DNA from: Macrostomum lignano
Lineage: Eukaryota
Direction of reading: 5' to 3'
NCBI GenBank assembly: GCA_002269645.1
Contig: NIVC01000918.1
Span: 1 to 29,120 of the forward strand
DNA: 29,120 nucleotides
Of the stretch, positions 22,815 through 29,120 are shown piece by piece. Numbering within the stretch: position 1 is the first letter of the stretch; each line of letters starts with the position of its first letter. A model generated the notes under the pieces. That model had not been told where the DNA came from, ran no database searches, and saw only the letters and a list, made by a program, of their open reading frames with translations. The position numbers and the translations under genes are program-made.

Positions 22815-23865
22815 CCCAAATGCATGACCCCCACATTCGGACCTCATGACCACAGATCCCAAATGCATGACCCCCACACCCGGATCTCATGACTACAGAT
22901 CCCAAATGCATGACCCCCACACTCGGATCTCATGACCACAGATCCCAAATGCATGACCCCCACACTCGGATCTCATGACCACAGATCCCAAATGCATGAC
23001 CCCCACACCCGGATCTCATGACCACAGATCCCAGATGCATGACCCCCACACCCGGATCGCATGACCACAGATCATAAATGCATGACCCCTCATCACAGAT
23101 CGCATGACCACAGATCATAAATGCATGACCCCTCATGACAGATCATAAATGCATGACCCCTCATGACAGATCATAAATGCATGACCCCTCATCACAGATC
23201 GCTTGACCACAGATCATAAATGCATGACCCCCACACCCGGATCGTATGACCACAGATCCCAAATACATGACCCCTCATCACAGATCGCATGACCACAGAT
23301 CATAAATGCATGACCCCTCATCACAGATCATAAATGCATGACCCCTCATCACAGATCGCTTGACCACAGATCATAAATGCATGGCCACCACACCCGGATC
23401 GTATGACCACAGATCCCAAATACATGACCCCTCATCACAGATCGCATGACCACAGAACATAAATGCATGACCCCTCATCACAGATCATAAATGCATGACC
23501 CCTCATCACAGATCGCTTGACCACAGATCATAAATGCATGACCACCACACCCGGATCGTATGACCACAGATCCCAAATACATGACCCCCACACCCGGATC
23601 GCATGACCACAGATCCCAAATGCATGACAGATCGCATGACTACAGATCATAAATGCATGACCCTCATCACAGATCTCATGACCACAGATCATAAATGCAT
23701 GACCCCCACACCCGTATCTCATGACCACAGATCATAAATGCATGACCCTCATCATAGTTCGCATGACCACAGATCATAAATTCATGACCCTCATCACAGA
23801 TCGCATGACCACAGATCATAAATGCATGACCCCACATCACAGATCGCATGACCACAGATCCATAT
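22815..23865. repeat. ~43-bp CATGACC-rich minisatellite filling the ARF coding intron
   Basis: Unit CATGACCACAGATCCCAAATGCATGACCCCCACACTCGGATCT with subunit shuffling. Confidence 0.96.
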
Positions 23866-24045
23866 GAAACTGCATTTAATAACTCACACAACCAAACATA
23901 CTGACACGCTCGTACATGGATCTCAATTTAAAGAACAGAGATGCAAAATTATTTATTCACTGTTCGATCTTGAACCTCACAAAATAAAAACCTACAATAG
24001 TATCAATACTACTACAAGTACTTTATTCTCTATTTCGGAATGTCA

Positions 24046-24365
<320 letters not shown>

Positions 24366-24538
24366 ATTCAATAGTTTAACACAAAAAATAAAACTCTATG
24401 AGCATCTTAAACTTCAACAATTGGAGAGTTTTCCAACTCTCAATAGTCAAGAGTTCTTTCTCACAATATTCTATCATCATTGTAATACAAGCACTTTAGT
24501 CTAGAAGTCTTTGACCTTTGCTCATTAATATTTCATTT

Positions 24539-24834
24539 CATACATGCGCAACCTCCAAAATTCTGTCAGCCGTGCGACTTAGTTTTAACAAAAATGCGAC
24601 GTAGTTTTTGGCCAAAAATGCGACTTACATGTAAAAAAACCCTAAAGCAAAATTAACGCAACTTTGGGTAAACGGCAGGAGTAACTATAACTGTCTTTTT
24701 AAGCTAAAATGCCTCGTCAGCTACTTAGTACTACTACTTGGTTTTTTTGGGTGGGCATTTTTTGCGACTTCCTTGGTTGGCTGCCAAATTGGTCGGCCGG
24801 ATCGGCCGACTCGGCCGACTGTTGCGCATGTATG
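24539..24834. mobile_element. hAT-type MITE (296 bp) carrying a 28S rRNA-derived segment at 24666-24728
   Basis: Perfect 14-bp TIR CATACATGCGCAAC / GTTGCGCATGTATG and perfect 8-bp TSD TTTCATTT (24531-24538, 24835-24842). Subterminal TGCGACT and CGGCCGA repeats. Confidence 0.9.
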
Positions 24835-24880
24835 TTTCATTTAGTTAATTAGAATAATAAGGTAAAGCCAAGTCTGACAA

Positions 24881-25029
24881 AAATGTTGTTACTAGCTCTA
24901 GGATCAATCAATGAGTAAATATGAAAAGATCCTCTTAATATAGTAACCAAGACTGGTATGCCCAATTTGTGCACACCTTGCAATTATTTCAAACAATAAA
25001 TTTGCAAAGCCGGCTTACTCATTGGGCTA
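24881..25029 (-). ncRNA. Box H/ACA snoRNA, copy 1
   Basis: Hairpin with lower stem GCCCAAT/ATTGGGC, H box ATACCA, hairpin with GTTACTA/TAGTAAC and AGGATC/GATCCT stems, then an ACA box. About 149 nt. Confidence 0.8.
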
Positions 25030-25257
25030 TTCATTAGTTTATTAGCCATAAATACTGAGCTAGAGCAGAGATTAGAGAACATAGTTGAAAAAAGCCATTA
25101 AAAATAAATTCTAATTGTTCCCCTAAAGAACTAACGAATGTTGTGAGGGTCCAGAATAATCTTTTTTATAATTAGATTATAAATAATTTATCTTCTTTAT
25201 TGTTTTAAATGCCCTTTCAATTTGAGAAGAATAACAAGATGTACTAAAAAATTGTTT

Positions 25258-25399
25258 AAATGTTGTTACCAGCTCTAGGATCAATCAATTACTAAAAAAT
25301 GAAAGATCCTCTTAATATGGCAACTAGGTTGGTATGCCCAGTTTGTGCACACCTTGCAAACAATAGAATATTTGCAAAGCCGGCTTACTCCCTGGGCTA
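25258..25399 (-). ncRNA. Box H/ACA snoRNA, copy 2
   Basis: Same architecture: GCCCAG/CTGGGC, H box ATACCA, GTTGCCA/TGGTAAC (a G-U pair only on the minus strand), AGGATC/GATCCT and ACA-TTT. About 142 nt. Confidence 0.82.
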
Positions 25400-25557
25400 A
25401 TTAGTTAGTTTATTAGTCCTAAAAATTAATACTGATAAGATACATATACATAAAATGATATATATTGATACATTTATACTGAGCTCATATAATATGCTGT
25501 TGTAATTTTTATACATAGTTAAAGTAATTGTATGGATTCTATTTTTTATATTAATAG

Positions 25558-25844
25558 TAGTGTTGTTGCCAGCTCTAGGATTAATTTTTGAAGCAACTAT
25601 AAAAAAATCCTCTTAATATGGCAACAACAACAACAACAACAACAACAACAGAGTACGCTGCCAGTTCACAAAAGCAGCGTCAGATGGCGCGCTTCAAAGC
25701 TTGGGCGCGAACAAAAGCCGCACCGCTGGCAGAGTCCGGGGCGCCGGCAACTAATATGGCAACTAGGGTTGGTATGCCCAGTTTGTGCACACTTTGCAAA
25801 TATAAAAACAATAGATTTGCAAAGCCGGCTTACTTGTTGGGCTA
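25558..25844 (-). ncRNA. Box H/ACA snoRNA, copy 3, interrupted by a retroelement fragment
   Basis: H and ACA boxes and both pockets are conserved, with compensatory stem AGGATT/AATCCT. Contains a 126-bp insertion plus a 12-bp duplication. Confidence 0.7.
25626..25751 (-). mobile_element. 5'-truncated non-LTR retrotransposon (or SINE) 3' end with a (GTT)n tail
   Basis: TSD TAATATGGCAAC at 25614-25625 and 25752-25763; the insert is absent from paralogous copies 1 and 2. On the minus strand, an ORF-like end (..AFVRAQALKRAI*), a stem-loop ACGCTGC/GCAGCGT, then a GTT-repeat tail. Confidence 0.75.
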
Positions 25845-26714
25845 TTTGATAATTATGAACATTTATAATTTCAATGGCTTTCATAATTGAAAGAAAACTG
25901 ATTAAAAAATTATTTACTTCTAAAAATCCAATGATTTAAAAATCTTTGTTTAAAAAAATTATTTTTGCTGACTATCTTATTTTATTTGTATTCTAACAAT
26001 GAGAACTATATTTAGAATAAAAAATTATTTTTGTTTAAATATAATTTAAATGTCTATAACAACCTTTCATTAAAATAGTTCCATCCTATTGGAATTAATG
26101 TTGAAAAGTTGTGGACGTGCACTTTAGAAAAAGAGTCAAATTATTTTATTGCACTTAAGGATTATTAGAAATCATTTTTTGTTGCAATCAAAATTTGCTA
26201 ACTTTCCAAAAATGTAATTAAAATTTAATGAAATCAAAATTCAGAAAAACAATGTTTAGTATGACTCAAACTCACTTTTTTACTTTTGATTGACTGCTTA
26301 TGCAAAACAAAATGCATAAAATACATATATATATAGCAAAAATTAGTTTTTCTTTTAGCTACTCTTTTACACACTTCCAAAATTTTGACTTTTGAATTTT
26401 TTTGAAATCAAAATTCCAAATTTTGGAAAATCAAAATTGAAATTTTGAAACAACTCTAAGCATTATATGAGAAATTATGAGTGTATAGGCGGGACTAATA
26501 GGTGAAAAAATTTTAAGTTAAATAAAAGTGCCATATGGATTGATATAATAGAATTATTAGCTTATTGTTGTTTGCAACATAAATAGCAATCTTAGAGTTG
26601 AGAGAACAAATTTCTGCTTTTCAAATATAGCCTTAGAAGTATCTATCCTCAAGAATTTGACTAGTTACCAATAGGCAACCAAAAATAGCCATTGGCTACT
26701 AGATTTTGAACCCC

Positions 26715-27330
26715 AACCATAGTCCAAATCATGCTAGGTATATGCCTGAACAAAAATTGAATAATTATAAATGCACACTCAAAAAATTGAATGTATGCCT
26801 ATCTTCAAAACTACATTGGTTTTGCAACAATAAATGACCTTTGTTTATATTGGCAATAAATAACCTTTTTTAATTGTGTAATAGAACCTTTTTGATAAAT
26901 AATAAGGTTAATTTTTATACAATTTTTAGCAATACTATTTATATTAAAAATTGATACATGCAAAGATTTGTTTTAATACTTTATTACAAGCTTAAAAACA
27001 TAGAAAACTTAAAATTTATTCTTAAAATGAACTTTTTCTACTTTACAATAACTTTTTTATGTGATTCTATAAAGTGTATACTAGATGTGCACTCATACTA
27101 TTTTCGTAAGAGTAATATAGACCAACTATGCATGTCTACTTTTGGTATACAAGGCCAATGCATGCCCAAATTTTTGGGCATATACTATATTATATATGAT
27201 CTGGAGTATAGAGCCCTAAGGGCCAGTTGGCAACTGGATTTTTAACCTTAAAAGTCCTCAACTTGAATCATCTTTGTAATTATTCAATTTTTATTTAGGC
27301 ATGTACCTAGCATAATATAGTCTATGGATT
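26715..27330. repeat. Diverged long inverted repeat (arms 26715-26773 and 27270-27330), possible old MITE
   Basis: Hand alignment gives 48/59 ungapped identity between the left arm and the reverse complement of the right arm. Confidence 0.6.
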
Positions 27331-28371
27331 CTATAATACATTTTGGCCATTTTAAAAAAGTAAAGATTTTTTATAAAAATATTAATACCTTTTCATTACT
27401 AAACCAAATAATTAGGCCTTAATAAGATAAGCACATTTTATGTTTATAATAACATAGTATATCTATTTTGTTATGAACAAAACTGAATTAAAAGTTTTCA
27501 AAATATCTCCACTTTTAGATTTTGCTATATAGGCCATCTAAACTTATGTTATATGCAAATGCATGCCTATATATAGCTTATATTGCATCATATCTTATGT
27601 TTTTTGCTAATGATAGGCCTATGATGCAAAATTGCATCCAAGGTCTAATTTCAGATACAATTTAGAAATTAAAGATGCTAACTATATTCTAATAGCACAA
27701 AAACCTTGGTCATATCATATTTATAGCATAGGCCTATGGCTATGGGTAGGTACGTATAGCATGCAAAATTAGATTATTATCCATATATTCTAGTAATAAC
27801 CCTAAAGGCACAAAAAACTAGGGCCTAGTTAAAACCAATGCAAATAGTGATACTGACTAGGCTTATCATTATAAGAAGCTGACTTATTTTTGTATTGACT
27901 ATTGACTAGACTAGTCTAGTAGTCTCATGTATTTGGTAAATATTAAAGTTAAAACGTGGTTCATGAAAATCATTTGAAGGTTACAAAAAGTCAATATTTT
28001 TTTAATGTGACTGTAAAGAAGACTTACAATTATCCTTTTTAGATACGAAATTGAATATTAGTAAGAAATATTAAAGTAAGTAGGCCTACCAGTGAAGAAA
28101 AAGTAAGTAGTGGTAGTGGCGACGTGTTCTTCCTTCGACGCCCTATTTTCCATAAGTGGGAATTTTGTTAAATAAACAAAATAAAACAAATTTCTCAGAC
28201 ATTTGAAAAAAATAGTTTTTTATTACTTTATGTAAAAATGAAGAAACTTGTTATTTTATTTTTACGGCAAGATAACAGCGGTCTGTCTCGCACAAATATT
28301 CTTAGGAAGTTTGTGCCAATATCCATATTCCGGTTCAATAAAATCAACTGCACATATACTGAAGTCTGAAG

Positions 28372-28582
28372 CAGGTACGGATCCAGAAAATTTGGAACGA
28401 GGGTGCGCAGATTACTAAGGTACACGAATATGTATATGATGTACACACGTATATGTGCACGATCAGTGTATCCCTACCTATAAAAATCTAAACTTTTTCC
28501 ATATAAAAAGAAAAAAAAATTAACTCGACGGGGGGTGCGCGCCCTGTTCGCCCCGCCGGCCGCCCCCATAAATCTGCCACTG
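28372..28582. mobile_element. hAT-type MITE (211 bp)
   Basis: Perfect 8-bp TSD GTCTGAAG (28364-28371, 28583-28590). Imperfect TIRs CAGGTACGGATCCA versus CAGTGGCAGATTTA (reverse complement of the right end), in the CAGTGGCGGAT-like style. Confidence 0.75.
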
Positions 28583-29120
28583 GTCTGAAGTTGCATCTTT
28601 AGGGAGAAAAACAAGTATTTCGAAGACATGCACCTCAGAATGTTCACAGATTAAGGTACTGTACGTACGCACCTATAAATAAATTACATGCAGGGTTGCG
28701 CCTGCCCTCAGAGTTTTCTAATGCATGCATGCAAAGTCTCGTGTCGGCCCCTATGTAAATTATTTTAGAAATAATATTGAATTGGAAATCACATGGAATT
28801 ACGCTTCAAATCTAAGTAAAATTTATTATTTTTTGCTTGAAACTTGTATATTGTACACGCGTGTAAAATCTGTAAGACTGGTAAAATTAAGCACCAGCAT
28901 CTTAAGTTGCATTTTTCTGATCAGTGATCACAAGTGCTATCGTTGCGATAAGCGCTAGAAGCACTTGGGTGCATTTGGATTGGTAGCTGAGCCAATTCAT
29001 ATAGTGGGTTCTGCGAGTCGCACACCCAAAGGTCCTGTGGGCCATGGCCGGCCTTCAATCATTTTTCTTTCTTTTCATCGATCATGCACGCCATCTCTGA
29101 AATTTCAAACGAAGAATGAG

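Noticed and set aside
20678-23891. Pro-rich 242-aa ORF and His/Met/Cys-rich ORFs in the ARF intron
   Set aside because: Minisatellite translations.
24666-24728. Idea that the 28S-antisense stretch is a C/D snoRNA guide
   Set aside because: No C box, the only CTGA lies on the wrong side of the complementarity, the match is too long and mismatched for a guide, and it sits inside a MITE.
28960-29060. GATTGG/CCAAT and GC motifs as the ARF promoter
   Set aside because: Plausible, but no exon or donor could be tied to it, and such short motifs are common.

Overview
Eukaryotic (metazoan) genomic DNA with GC-rich exons, GT-AG introns and a different minisatellite in most introns. This style resembles the flatworm Macrostomum, but that is inference only. 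Three protein genes can be spliced by hand. (1) A 5'-partial ALMS1-like centriolar gene on + (join 4184-4726, 5629-5917, 6664-8036; 734 aa visible). (2) A complete plastin/fimbrin on + (join 11903-12226, 16724-18055, 19418-19675; 637 aa). It has degenerate EF-hands and a candidate in-frame alternative exon at 14229-14300. (3) A class I ARF GTPase on - (join 24333-24076, 22721-22431; 182 aa). Upstream of the ARF start codon, on the same strand, are three tandem box H/ACA snoRNA-like genes with covarying stems; their two pockets can pair with nearby 18S rRNA sites. One copy is interrupted by a 5'-truncated LINE-like 3' end with a 12-bp TSD. Two short elements carry a diverged copy of the 28S rRNA H69-H71 segment (the R2/I-PpoI target region); one of them is a clean hAT-type MITE with a 14-bp TIR and 8-bp TSD. 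Also present: a tRNA-derived SINE, two more hAT-like MITEs and more than a dozen tandem or simple repeats. Most long ORFs in the ORF track are repeat artefacts or antisense shadows of exons. All database-level identifications are from motif recognition and memory, not searches.
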